Assembly (NCBI RefSeq): GCF_009914755.1
Contig: NC_060947.1
DNA: 64,000 nt
DNA from: the human T2T-CHM13v2.0 reference genome, Homo sapiens
Direction: 5' to 3' (one strand)
This document shows positions 32,050 to 49,802 of the stretch, in pieces. The notes beneath the pieces are model-generated. The model had not been told where the DNA came from, did not search any database, and worked only from the letters and a program-made list of their open reading frames with translations. A program made the position numbers and the translations under genes. Position 1 is the stretch's first letter; each line of letters starts with the position of its first letter.

Positions 32050-32344
32050 AAAAGTTCTTTTTCTATTCTGGATGAACTTATATCAATTCTGGATATACCT
32101 TTATCAATATATGTGTGATGAATTTTTTTCATTCTAGCTTGCTTTTTCATTTTCTTACCAACTTTTTTCAAAGAGCAAAAGATTTTAATTTTGATTAAGT
32201 TAAATTTTTGTAACATTTTTATTTTATCGTATATGATTTGTGTCCTATCTAAGGAGTATTGCCTTCCTACAAATTTGAAAATATTTTTCCTATGTTTTCT
32301 CCTAGAATTGTTACGGTTTTATCTATTTAATTTTTCGTGTTTAA

Positions 32345-32856
<512 letters not shown>

Positions 32857-32860
32857 TTAA

Positions 32861-33385
32861 CTATTATGGATATTAGTTGTACACATTTATAGGGTACATG
32901 TGGTATTTTTATACAAGCATACAACTGCAATAATCAAATCACAGTAACTGGGATATCCATCGCCTCAACCATTTATTATTTCTTCATCTTAGGAACATTC
33001 CAGTTTCACTCTTTTAGTTATTTAGTAATATTCAATAAATTATTGTTAACTATAGTTGCCCTATTGTGATACTGTACTCTAGATTTTTTTATTTCCATCT
33101 AACTATATGTTTTTTAAGATGGGGTCTTACTGTGTTGCCCAGGCTAGCCTCAAACTCCTGGGCTCAAGCAATCTTCCCACATCAACTTCCCAAATAGTAA
33201 GTGTATTTTTGTACCCTTTTTGTTAAGTGAAATAAGCCAGGCTCAGAAAGATAACTATTACATATTCTTACTCATATTGGGAGCTTAAAAAATGAACTCG
33301 TGGAGATAGAGAGTAGAATGATGGTTACCAGAGACTGGTAAGGTTAGTGGGGAGGAGGGATAAAGAGGGAATAGTAAATGGGTAC
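32861..33385 (-). mobile_element. L1MA 3' end with 5' inversion (about 33220-33385 on +) and Alu/FLAM fragment (about 33110-33197)
   Basis: Minus 3'UTR ends at gtaccc (about 33216); plus segment ends at ...taaatgggtaca. Confidence 0.75.
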
Positions 33386-35010
33386 AGCTTTATATTTTAC
33401 ATTTAGCTCCCTGGTTGATTTTGAGTTAAATTTTGTGTACACTGTGAGGCAAAAGTCAATGTTCATTTTTTTTTCCATGTGAATATCCAGTTGTTCTAGC
33501 ACTATTTGATGAAAACACATTTTACTCCATTGAATTGCCGTTGAATCTTTGTAGAAAATGAACTGAACATGTCTGAGTCTATTATGTTTCAGTGACCTAT
33601 ATGTCTATGCTTTCACCAATGTCTAGCTCTCTTGATTACTGTAACTATAATAAGGCTAACTTAAGCCCTGTAATTTCTCTAATATTGTTTATATTTTAAA
33701 AAATTGATTTGCATTTTCTAGGTTATTTGTGTTTCCATATAAATTATACTATCAACTTGTCAATGTTTATAGAAAAAAATCTGCTGAGGTTTTTATTGTT
33801 ATCGCATTAAATCTATATGTCACTTCGCTGGTATTTTTTTCCCTTAAATGTCTGATATACTTCAGTGAAGCCATCTGGACCTGGGATTTCTTAGATGTTT
33901 AGTAACAAATTAAATTTACTACATATAATGTTATTCATATTTTCTGTTTTAGCTTCTGTCCATTTTTGTAGGTTATATTTTTCAAGGAATTTGTTCATCT
34001 AAATTGTCAAATATTCTAACATAAAATCGTTCACAATACATACTTATTAACTTTTAATGACTTAATGATATGTACTGATGTGCTCTTTGCTATTTCTGAT
34101 ATTGTTTGTTTTCTCTCTCTTTTATTTTCTTGATCTATCTGGATGTTTGTTGATTTTGATCTTTAGTTGATCTTTAATTTATTTATTACGTTTTTCTTCT
34201 ATTTCATTGTTTTTTCCTCTTTATTTTTTCTTTCTTCTACTCACTTACCTCAGTTATACTTTGCTCTTTTTCTAGCTTCTTAATCATTGATTTAAGGCCT
34301 TTTTCCTTTCCAAAAAACATTTACAACTTTGATTTTCGTTCTAACTACTGTATCATCTTAATCCAACAAATATTTGTTACATATTCATTATCATTCATCT
34401 CAAAATATTATCTAATGCCTCTTATAATTTATTATTTGACTCATGATTTATTTAGAAGTGTATTTTTAAATCTGGAAATATTTGGAGTTTCTGATGTATA
34501 TTATTGATATTTATTTCTAATTTAATTCCACTGTGGTCAGAGAACATCCTCTGCATAGTTTCAATCACTTTATATTTATTGAAACTTGTTTTATGACCCA
34601 GAATATAGCCCACCTTAGTAAATGCACCATGTGTACTTGACAATAATGATGTGTATTCTGCAATTGCCTGGTGTGGTATTTTATAAATATTAAGTCACAG
34701 TAGTTGCTAAAGTTGTTCATGTCATGTATATCTTTACTGACCTTTTTGTTTAGTTGTTGTGTCAATTGCTAAAGCATAGGTGTTAAAATCTCCTACAACA
34801 ATTTTAGGGTTGTTTATTTCTCTCTGTCAATTTTTGTCTCATGCACTTTGAGGCTCTATTATAGGCATGTACACATATATCATTCTTATGTCCTCCTGAT
34901 AAACAGTCTCTTTGTATCTTTAAGTTTAAAGTGTGCCATTTTGAGGCAGGATATAATTATATTTTTATACATACTGATAATCTCTGTATTTTCATTGGAA
35001 TGTTTAATTC

Positions 35011-35311
<301 letters not shown>

Positions 35312-35656
35312 TAGACCATTAATTCTTAATGCAATTTTTATGTCATTGGACCTAGCTCTACCATTTTATTGTTTTATCTTTGTTCCCTCTGTTTTATTGT
35401 TCCTCCATTTCCCATTTACTGTCTTCTTTCAGACTATTGTAATCTTTTTATTATTCAGTTTTCTCTGTGGCCTTTTAAGATAATATATTTGTGTGTCTGT
35501 GTGTGTACGTGTTTGTGATTTTAGTGGCTTCTCTAAGGATTGAAATATGCGTCATCTTTACAGTCCATTTACAGTTAATATTGTACCACTTCTTAGAAAA
35601 CTTAGACACCTTGGAAACATACAGACCTCTCTACACACCCTGATTATTCTTTATAT

Positions 35657-36191
35657 CAGTGGTCCCAGTCCTTTTGGCACCAGGCACCAGTTTCATGGAA
35701 GACAATTTTTCCATGGACCGGGGTGGGTGAGGGACAATGGTCTTGGGATGATTCAAGTGCATTACATTTATTGTGCACTTTATTTCTATTATTATTACAT
35801 TGTAATATATAATGAAATAATTATACAACTGACCATAATGTAGAATCAGTGGGAGCCTTGAGCATGTTTTCCTGTGACTAGATAATCCCATCTGGGGTTG
35901 TTGGAAGACAGTGACAGACCGCCAGGCATTAGATTCTAAAAAGGAGTGCACAACCTAGATCCCTCACATGCGCAGTTCACAAAAGAGTTCACGCTTCTAT
36001 GAGAATCTAATGTGGTGGCTGCTGTTCTGACAGGAGGTAGCACTCAGGTGGTAATGCAAGCGATGGGGAGTGGCTGTAAATACAGATGAAGCTTCACTCA
36101 CTTGCCTGCCGGTCACCTCTTGCTGTGTGGCCTGGTTCCTAACAGGCCACAGACTGGTACTGCTTTGTGGCCCAGGGATTGGGGACCCTTG
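35657..36191. mobile_element. MER1A hAT-Charlie MITE
   Basis: TIRs cagtggtcc.../...ggggacccttg; 8-bp TSD ctttatat (35649-35656) / ctttatgt (36192-36199). Confidence 0.9.
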
Positions 36192-37404
36192 CTTTATGTT
36201 ATAGTTCTCATACATATTAAAACTATATGTATTAACAATTTCACAAGATAATGCTATAATTTTTGCTTTAAAAGGGCATATGCATTTTAAAGAAATTATG
36301 AGGGAAAAAATAATCTTTCATATTTAGTGTCTCTGATGTCCTTCTTTTAGCATTTCTTCTAATGCAGGTTTGCTCTGCATGAATTTTCTTAGTTTTCCTT
36401 ATCTAGAAATGTTGTTATTTCATCTCCATTATTGAATAATATTTTCACAATTTATAAAACTAGATTGATCATTTTTTCTTTCCACATATTAAAGAATCAT
36501 TTCATTGTCTCTATGGGTTATCTCTCTATGGGTTATGATGAGAAGTCTGCAGTCACTCAAATTATTGTTTTCTTCTATGTAATGTGTCACTGTTCTCTAG
36601 ATGCTTTTAAGATTTTCTTTTTTTTGGTTTTCGGTAGTTTGGTTATAATGTGCCTAGGAATTTTTTTTAATGTATTCTGATTGAAATCTCTAGATATGTA
36701 CATTTATGGCTTACATCAAATTTGGAAAATTTTCAGCCATAATTTCTTTACATATTTTTCTGCCCCATTTTCTCCCTCTGTTTCTTGACTCCAATTATAC
36801 ATATACTGAACATTTTGATATTGTCCTACAAATATCTGATAATCTGTTCATTTTAAAATATTTTTTCCTTCTCATTTTCAGGTATTATAATTTCTATGAA
36901 TCTATATTTACATTCATTTTCTTTTTCCTCTGTCACCTCTATTTTTCTCTTAAGCCCATCTAATGAAGTTTTAATTTCAGCTTTTGCATTTTTTATCTCC
37001 AAAATTTTCTTTTTTGTGTTTTCTATTTTTCTGCTGATATTTCCAATTCACTTCTAGTGTAATTTCTTTCATTAATTTAATATAGTTATAATAGCTGCTT
37101 TAAAGTCCTCATATGACAATTTTAACATCTAGGTCATCTCAGAGTTGGCCTGTGCTGATTATATTTTCTCTTGAGAATTGGTCACATTTTCCTGGCTGTT
37201 TGTGTGTCCAGTAATTTTGGATTATACTCTGAATATTGTGGACATTATGTTATGGAGGATCTGGGTTCTGTTATATTTGTCCAATGAATGCTGATGTTTT
37301 GTTGTCTCAGAAAATTTAACGGGGAACTTGCCCTCTTGCCAGTTTTGACTACCTTACTCTATCTTCCTTCTTTTGTTTATACTTCACAATTCTCAAGTGT
37401 TTAT

Positions 37405-37418
37405 TACATACACACACA

Positions 37419-37451
<33 letters not shown>

Positions 37452-37483
37452 CATATATATACAGAGAGAGAGAGAGAGAGAGA
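37405..37483. repeat. Compound (CA)n(TA)n(GA)n microsatellite
   Basis: Seen directly. Confidence 0.95.
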
Positions 37484-37936
37484 GTCTGGAGTTAATAGTG
37501 GTTGCTATTTGTGGCATAATTGGTCCGTACAGCACTTATCATGTCATCTCTGAGGCAGCACCTCCTTCTTGATTGTTTAAAGGTAAATTTGATATTTTGA
37601 AGTGTCCTTTTATACCCCCAAGACTTTGATAACTGAGTTTAGTTAAAACAAATATACACAGCAACTTGCTAAATTTTAAAAATCATTTTCCCAGAAGTCA
37701 AAATCATTTTTCTCCTTTCATTTGCATAATCTTTTCTCTTCTTGCAATTAATAGCACTCAACAAAATTAAGCCTAATGTAGTTGGGCAGACAATAATTTC
37801 AAGACCTCTGTGTCTAGGCCCCTTTGTATTGACATTGAGAATAACTTGGTCATAAAATAAGGTTTAATATGACAAATAAACACAGCCACCACTAGCCACC
37901 ACTAACAAAACCAGAACCTTCATTCCAGGGTTTTAC

Positions 37937-38059
37937 CCCATAATTCAGTATGGACAATCCAACTGAGTTTCTGGTTTAGATAAATGATTTCACTTTCCTC
38001 AAAGACATGAGTATTGGAAACTTCTGGGTTGGTGATTTTGACATGTATTCTCAAAACAA
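37937..38059 (-). pseudogene. Candidate 123-nt exon (VLRIHVKITNPEVSNTHVFEESEIIYLNQKLSWIVHTELW)
   Basis: AAGTTCTAG acceptor, G|GTAAAA donor, open symmetric phase-1 frame in a non-repetitive island. Confidence 0.25.
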
Positions 38060-38154
38060 CTAGAACTTTTATAGTTATTCCTTTTTAAATGTCAAGATTA
38101 AATCTGTGATCAAGGACCTTTTAAGTATATCTTAAGAATCAGGATAGTACAATC

Positions 38155-38262
38155 TAGTAATGGGTACTTACAATGTACCACCAGGCACTATTCTAAGTGC
38201 TTTATGCATATCATCTCATTTAATCCTCACAGTAGTCCTGTGAAGTAAGAACTATTATTGTA
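38155..38262 (-). mobile_element. MIR fragment, resuming after the LTR at about 38915
   Basis: ccaggcactattctaagtgctttatgcatatcatctcatttaatcctcac. Confidence 0.85.
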
Positions 38263-38266
38263 CCCC

Positions 38267-38914
<648 letters not shown>

Positions 38915-39049
38915 ACCCATTTCTCATATAAAGAAACTTAGACATGGATTTGAGTTTGAGTCCTGGTTTCTCTTTGGGCAGGAAGAGTAGATGAGGTAAG
39001 ACTGAACTTAGGTAATCCTGAGTCCCTAGGGAAATTCCATTATGATACT

Positions 39050-39940
39050 ATTTGTATCAGTTAGAAATTTTTGGTTATAAATAACAGAAAACCTAATTCA
39101 ATCTTTCTCAAAAAATAGTGAATATGTGGTTCATATATTAGTAAAGAATGCCTTACAGAGGCTTACTCAAACAAGAATGTATTATTATCATATATCAAGA
39201 AGTTTCTAAGTAGGTTGCTTCATGGGTTTGTTTAGCAGCCTGACAATGTCACAATTTTTACAATTATCTTTGCACTTCCCTCATGCTTGTCACTTCATGG
39301 CTACAAAGTAGTGCTGCAGCTCCAGAGATCAAATCTGCATTCAATGCAAGAAATAAAGATGGATGAGTAGTACCACTCATATATGTCCCCTTTATCAAGA
39401 AAAAAACAAAAAATTGTTGGAAATTCCTCAGCAAAATTTCACTTATATCTCTTTGGCAAACTGTCATATGGCCACATCTAGTTACAAAGGAGGATGATAA
39501 AGTGAATATTCAGATTTTTCTGCCTTTAGAGTGGCAAACCACATAAAAAATGGATTTGGGAATGGATGTTGGGTCAGCTAATTGGCAGTGTCTACCACAT
39601 TCCATTTCTCTGCATCTCTTAGTTCTTCCTTCTTTGCTGTATAAACTTCATCTTCAGGCTAACCCTGATATGGTGGCAAGATGTTTTCTGCTTATCTAAA
39701 GCTCACATCCTCATGCCATCAATTCCCAGGGAAGAGAAATAACTTATCTTTAACCAGTATATTTTTTTCATTTTATAGGCTCTCAATGAATTGTGTACCA
39801 ATCCCCAAATCAATTACTTTGACCAAGATGGTTGAGAATGTGAGAAGAGTAGTTTCAAAAAGGGAATTCAAGGTATTGTTATCAGAAGTAGGGAGTAATG
39901 GATGCTGAGAAGCAAGCAAGTAATCAACTATCTATCCCTA
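39050..39940. mobile_element. Old MLT1-type LTR fragments
   Basis: tgtatcagttagaaa...taacagaaaaccta; gctgcagctccag; catatggccacatctagttacaaaggagg. Confidence 0.55.
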
Positions 39941-41182
39941 TTTCACCATCCACTTTAATATTTTGTGACTCTTTCCTTCCCCATTTGCACTAGAGACAAT
40001 CTGGTTAGACTGTGCTGATTAATACGGAATGGCTATCAACGTGTAGTTGGGTATTACATGTGAAAATCAATGGTGTAGAGATTTCCCCAGTCAATGAATA
40101 TCCTATATCAAAATTTAACCTAATAAGTGGTATCCACATAGGACTATAACTAACATCATAATAATGAAAGACTGAATTCTTGTTTCCACTAAGATTGAAA
40201 AGAAGGCAAAGATATTCACTAACACCACTCATAATCAACATTGTATTGGAATCCCTAGCCAGTGCTAAGATTTAAGTAAGAAAAAAGAAATATAAGACAA
40301 ACAGATTGGAAAGTAAGAAAGGTGACTCTCTCTATTCACAGACAACAACAGTGTCTCTATAGATAATCCCAAAGAGTCTACAGAAAAACTTCTAGAACTC
40401 ATAGTTTTTTTGAACCCATCAGGGAGCTTGGGTTTCAGAGCAAACAGTTGGCCCGTATCTAAGGGAGAAAGAATGGTGCATGTGACAAAAGAGAAGACAA
40501 AATTACACACTCATATAAGACACAACAAGAACCTTGTAAGAAGCATTGAGCTAGAATAGTTGACAACGTGGTGAAGCCTGAGAGTAATCTGGCAAGACAG
40601 CGTGAAACCCCTATGTGCCAAGAACTTGGAGGGGTCAGTGTCACCTTGCACGGTCCTCCATGAACCTCAACGGGTGCTCCCAGAAAATATCAGAAAGCGT
40701 TCTAGAAGTGTATGTTGTGATGCAGATTTGGAGTAAGATATCAGTAGCTATGCTGGAGGAACAAGAAACTCCCACTGGATATTTCTCCTCTACTTCCAAT
40801 ACAGAAAATGAAGCCTTGAACTATGGAGGGAAGGGCAACCAGAACCTCTGGCATTATGGCATTGATGAACACTTATTGCCTCTGGGGAAAGGGAACAGGA
40901 GGAAAGCTTTACTTCTGAGAAAGGAGTAGGGTTATATGTTGAGCCTACAACTACAGCTGGGGAGAGTCAGGAAAACCTATCAGATCATATACCTAAGATG
41001 CAAGAACATAGTGCATGCCTATAACTAACTCTTAATCAGAACAACAGAGGCCACACCCCAAACTACCATCAAGCTAAAAAGCCTAAAATAGTAAATAACA
41101 ACAGAATTCTGCTTGGAGATGAATGAGAAAGGAACAAAGACACATTCTCTGGGGCACAGCACAAATGGAAACCCTTAATCTC

Positions 41183-41822
41183 TTTTTTTTTTTTTTTGTA
41201 TATATGTTAAGGTTTAATACCCAAAGTATATAAAAAACTTCTACAATTCAACAACAAAAAGACAAAACATTTTAAAACAAAATGGTTGTAAACAAACAAC
41301 AAAAAGACAACCATTTTTGTCCATCTTACAATGGACAAAAGGCTTGAATAAACATTTCTCCAAAGAAGATAAACAAATGGCCAATAAGCACTTGAAAAGA
41401 TGTCAACATCATTAGTCAATGGAGACATACAAACTAAAACTCCAAGCTATCACTTCACACTTACTATGATGACTATTATTAAAAAATGGAAAATAACAAG
41501 TGTTGTTGAGGATATGGGGAAATTGAAATCTTTATAAGTTAGCAATAGGAATGTGAAATGGTGCAGCTGATGTGGAAAACAGTTTGGCAGTTCCTCAACA
41601 AGTTAGACACAATTACCATATTAGCACACCTGGGTATGTACTCAAAATAATGGAAAAGAGTTACTCAAAAAAATACTTGTACACCAATGTTCATAGCAGC
41701 ATTATTCACAATAGCCAAAAGGTGGAAATAATCCAAGAGTCTATCAACAGAAGAATGGATAAACAAAATGTGGCATATACACACAATGGAATACTATTCA
41801 GCCATAAAAAGGAATGAAGTTC
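41183..41822 (-). other. 3' transduced segment (625 bp, 41198-41822, L1MB-like sequence) plus terminal poly(A) (T15 at 41183-41197)
   Basis: Inside the L1HS TSD and between two poly(T) tracts; ATTAAA (41213-41218) lies 15 nt before the terminal poly(A). Confidence 0.92.
41213..41218 (-). promoter_or_regulatory. ATTAAA polyadenylation signal used by the source-locus read-through transcript
   Basis: Minus strand reads GGGTATTAAACCTTAACATATATAC-A15. Confidence 0.8.
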
Positions 41823-45245
<3,423 letters not shown>

Positions 45246-48115
45246 TCAAGGCATAAAATCTATTTACCTTGGTCTCTATTTCCTACCCAACTTATTCAAC
45301 TTTCCACAAAATATTATGAGGCATGTGAAAAGGCAAAAAAAAGAATCAACACATTCCCAAAGATACAAGAAATATTCAAAATCAAAATTAGATACGACAC
45401 AAATTTGGAAACTCTCTGACAGGTAACTTAAAATAACTATGAGTAATTAGTTAAATGTTCCACCAGAAAAAGTGGACAACACACAAGATAGATGGGTAAT
45501 TTCTGCAGAGAGATCAAAACTATAATAAAGAATCAAATATAAATGCTAGAAATAAAAAACAAAATAACGGAGATGAAGAATGCCTTTGAGGGGCCCAACA
45601 GAACTGACACCTCTGAGGACAAAATCCATAGACCTTAAAATATATTAAATTGAAACAAAAATTTAGACCAATAAATTGATTACATTGAGACAAAAAAAGA
45701 ATGAGGAAAAGAAAACATTCAAGAGCTGTGTGACAATATCAAATGTTCTAACATTCATGTAATTAGAATCACCAAAGAAAAAGAGAGAAAGAATGGGGCA
45801 GAAAAAGTATTTTAAAAAATAATGACTGAGAATTTTTTTTAAATTAATGACAAACACCAAATTGCATACCCAAGCTCAGAGTGCACCAAACATGACTTTT
45901 TAAAAACCAAACAAATTAGGCATATTTTATTCAAACTGCTGGAAGACAAAAGACAAAGAGAAAATCCTGAAGTCAGAGAAAAGGAAACATCAAACATAGA
46001 GAAAAAAGATAATAACAGCAGACTATTTGTCATAAGCCATACAAGTCAGGACACAATGGAATGATCATTTTAACAGGTAGAAAGAATAATTTGTCAACCC
46101 AGGATTCTATATCCAGAAAAAAATCTTTTTAAAATGAAGGTGAAATAAAAACTGTATCAGACAAGCAAAAACTGAGATAATTCATTTTCAGAAGACTCAT
46201 TCTACAAGATAAAGGAAAGTTTTTCAGGCAGAAAGAGTATCATATCAGACTAAAATGTGGGACTACACAAGGAAATAAAGAGTGCTGGAAATGAAGCATA
46301 GGAAGGTAAAGTTAAATTATTTTTCTTATTTGTATTGTTCTAAATGATAACTCACTGTCTAAAGAAAAAATATAATAATTTATTGTATATTTATAGCATA
46401 TATAAAATTAGAAGTTGTGCTAACAAAAGCACAATGGATGGGAGGGAGCAATTGGGAATGTACAGTTGTAAAAGCCTTACACTTCATGTGAAGTAGGAGA
46501 ATAATATTTGCTGGTAGACTGTGATTTTTTGAATGTGTATCATAAACTCTGGGAAGGCACTAAATTTTTATTTAAAATGTCATTAAGAGAAGATAAAGCA
46601 GAATTTTTAAATGCTCAAATAACACAAGAGAAGGCAGAAAAGGAAGAATAATGAAACACAGATGAAATATAACAAATAGAAAACAGCTAAGAAAATGGTA
46701 GATTTTAATCCAACCATATCAATAATCACATTAAGTGTAAATATTCTGAAGACACCAATTTAAAGGCAGTATCAGATTGGATTTAAAAATAATCAAGACC
46801 CAACTATACGTTGTCTACAAGAAACTCACTTTAACTGTAAAGGTATAGATATGTTGAAAGTAAAAGAGTGGAGAAATACATATAATGCAAACACTAGCTG
46901 AAACAAAACTAGAATAGCTATGCTAATATTAGACAAAAATAAACTTCAGAAAAGGAATATTAACAGGGATATAGAGAGACATACATGATGATGAAGGGAT
47001 CAACTCTCCAAAAGACATAATCCAAAAGACATAATGCTCTTTACAACATAGTACTATGTACATAGCACATAGTATATGAAGCACTTTAAATTACTGAAAT
47101 TGAAGAATACAGAAATCCACAATTATAGCTGAACACTTCGACAATTCTGTCAACAGCTAGTAGAACGAATAAACAGAAAATTAACAAGGATATAGAAGAT
47201 CTGAACAGCACTAACAAGAACTAATTGACATTTATAAAACATTCCACCCAACAAAAGCAGAATACAATTTCTTTTCAAATGTGTGTGGAATATTCACCAA
47301 TGTAGACCATACTTAGGGTCATAAGACAAACCTCAGCAAATTTAAAAGAATATTCATCATATAAAGTATGTCCTCAGATTGCAGTAGAATTAAACTGGAA
47401 ATCAATAACAGATAATCTGGAAAAATTCCCAACTTTTTTGTAAATTGAACAACATCCATCTAAGTCACCCAATGATCAGAGAAGAAATATGAAAGGGAAT
47501 TTTAAAATATTTTGAACTGAATGAAGATGAAAATGCCACAGATAAAACTTTGCATGGTGTAGCTACATTAGTTAGCTTAGAGGGAAATTTATATTTTTAA
47601 ATTCTTATATTAGGAAATAAGTCTTACATAAATAATCTCAGCTTCCACCTAAGAAGTTCAAAATAAACCCACAGTAAGCAGAAGAAAGGAAATAATAAAG
47701 CTGAGAAAAAATCAATAAAGTTTAAAAGAGAAAATTAATAGATATCAATGGAACAAAAGTTGCCTTTTTAAAAATATCAACAAAATTGATAGACCTTTAG
47801 CCAGAATGATCAAGAAAAAAAAAATCAAGAAGACAATTACCAATATCAGGAAAGAATAATTCCCATTTAACTAAAGACCACACATACATTAAAAAGATGA
47901 AGGAATATTAAGAACAACTTTATATTCACAAATGGAACAATTTAGATGAAATGGGCTAAATCCCTGGGAGGCGCGAACTACAAAAACTCATCCAAGAAGA
48001 AATAACCATAGCAATGGTACATCTATTTTAAAATTTTAATCTGTAGTTAAAATTTTCCATAAAAGAACACCGTAGGCCCATATTATTTCATTGGTACATT
48101 CTCCCAAATACTTAT

Positions 48116-49800
48116 GGGATGATCTTTTAAAAGAAACAATTTATGGTTTAAATGATTTTCTTCTACTTCTATTACATTTTTTCTTTTCTATTTCATTGAT
48201 TTGTGCTCTGATTTTATTTCTTTTCTTTCCTTTCCTTGCTTTAGGTTTAATTTGCTCTTGTTTTTCTAGTTTCTGAAGGTGGAAGTTTAGATTATTGATT
48301 TGCAATGTTTCTTCATTATGATAAAGAGTTTAAAGTATAAATTTTTTTCCAAGCACTGCTTAAGGGGCATACCATAAATTTCGATACGTTTTGTTGTCAT
48401 TTTCCTCCAGTTAAAATGCATTATAACTTTCCTTGTGATTTCTTTTATTTATGGATCGTTTGGAAGTGTAGTTGAATATTTCCAAATATTTGGGGAGCTC
48501 TAAATTTCTTTCTGTTGTTTATTTCTAATCTAATTTGTTGTCAGAGAACATAGATTTGTTTTGAACCTTTTGAATTTATTGAGACTTGGTTTGTGGCCTA
48601 TTATATGGTCTATACCGTAGAATGTTTCATGTTTGCTTCAATAAAATGTGTATTATGTTGTTATTGTGTAAAATGTTCTAAAATGTCAGGTCACACTGGT
48701 GTTGTTCAAGTTTTCTCTTCATCTTTACTAATATCTATTTGTCCTAGCAATTATTAAGATTTTTGAAATCTCTGCTGCTTTTTTCAATTCTTTCAGATTT
48801 TGCTTTATGTGTATTAGGGCTCTGTTGTTAGGTGGGAATGCATTTATAATTGTTACATATTTATGATTATGAACTGGTCCCTTTATTTCTAATACTCTTT
48901 CTTGTCTTAAAGTCTATGTACTCATATCAATATAGCCATTTCAACTCCTTATGTTTATAACATGCATGGTATGTATTTTTCCATCCTTTTACTTTCAAAC
49001 TCCTTGTATCTTTAATCTAAAATATGTCTCCAGCAAATAGCATATAGTTGGATTTTGCTTTTTCACCTAGTTTGATAATATCCACCTTTTGATTAGAGTA
49101 TATTATTTATTCATATTTAATTTAATAAAGATATGATTAGATTTACATGTGATCTTTGCTAATATTTTCTACATGTGTCATATCTTTTTTGTTCCTCTTC
49201 TACTAGCTCCTTTTTAGTTGAATATTTTATAATATACAATTTTAATTCTTCTGTTGAGTTTTTAATTCTATTTTTGAGCTATTTTGTTAATGGCTGCTCC
49301 AGGGATTACAATATGGCTCTTAATTTATCAGTCTCTACTTTGCATAGTCATCTGGTATGTGTTTCCTTCAGCTCAAAGAGTTCCTTTCAAACTTCTTATA
49401 GGGCTGATCTCTTAGCAGTGAATTTTCTCACTCTTTGTTTATGTGACACTGTATTTATTTTGCCTTCACTTTTGAAAGATAATTCTGAATAACATAGTAT
49501 TCTTGCTCAACAGATTTTTTTCTCTCAGCACTTTGAATATATAATCCCACTGCCTTCTGGCCTCCATTGATTCTGATGAAATGCAAGCCATTAACAGTCA
49601 TTCCCTTATACATGATGAGTTATCTCCTGCTGCTTTCTAAATTATTTTCTTTGCCTTTGTTACTTAGCATCTTGACTAGGATGTGTCCAGGTGTGGCTGT
49701 TTGTATTTATCTTATATGGCATTTGCTGAGCTTCTTTGACGTGTAGATTAATGCTTCTCATCAAATTTGAGAAGTTGTTATTTTTGCTTCAATCTTTCTT
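48116..49800 (-). mobile_element. Old L1M ORF2-start/ORF1 fragment, continuing at about 57355-58560
   Basis: Antisense EN/ORF1 motifs (tttgaatttattgagacttggtttgtggcct, cccactgccttctggcctccatt). Confidence 0.7.
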
Positions 49801-49802
49801 CA

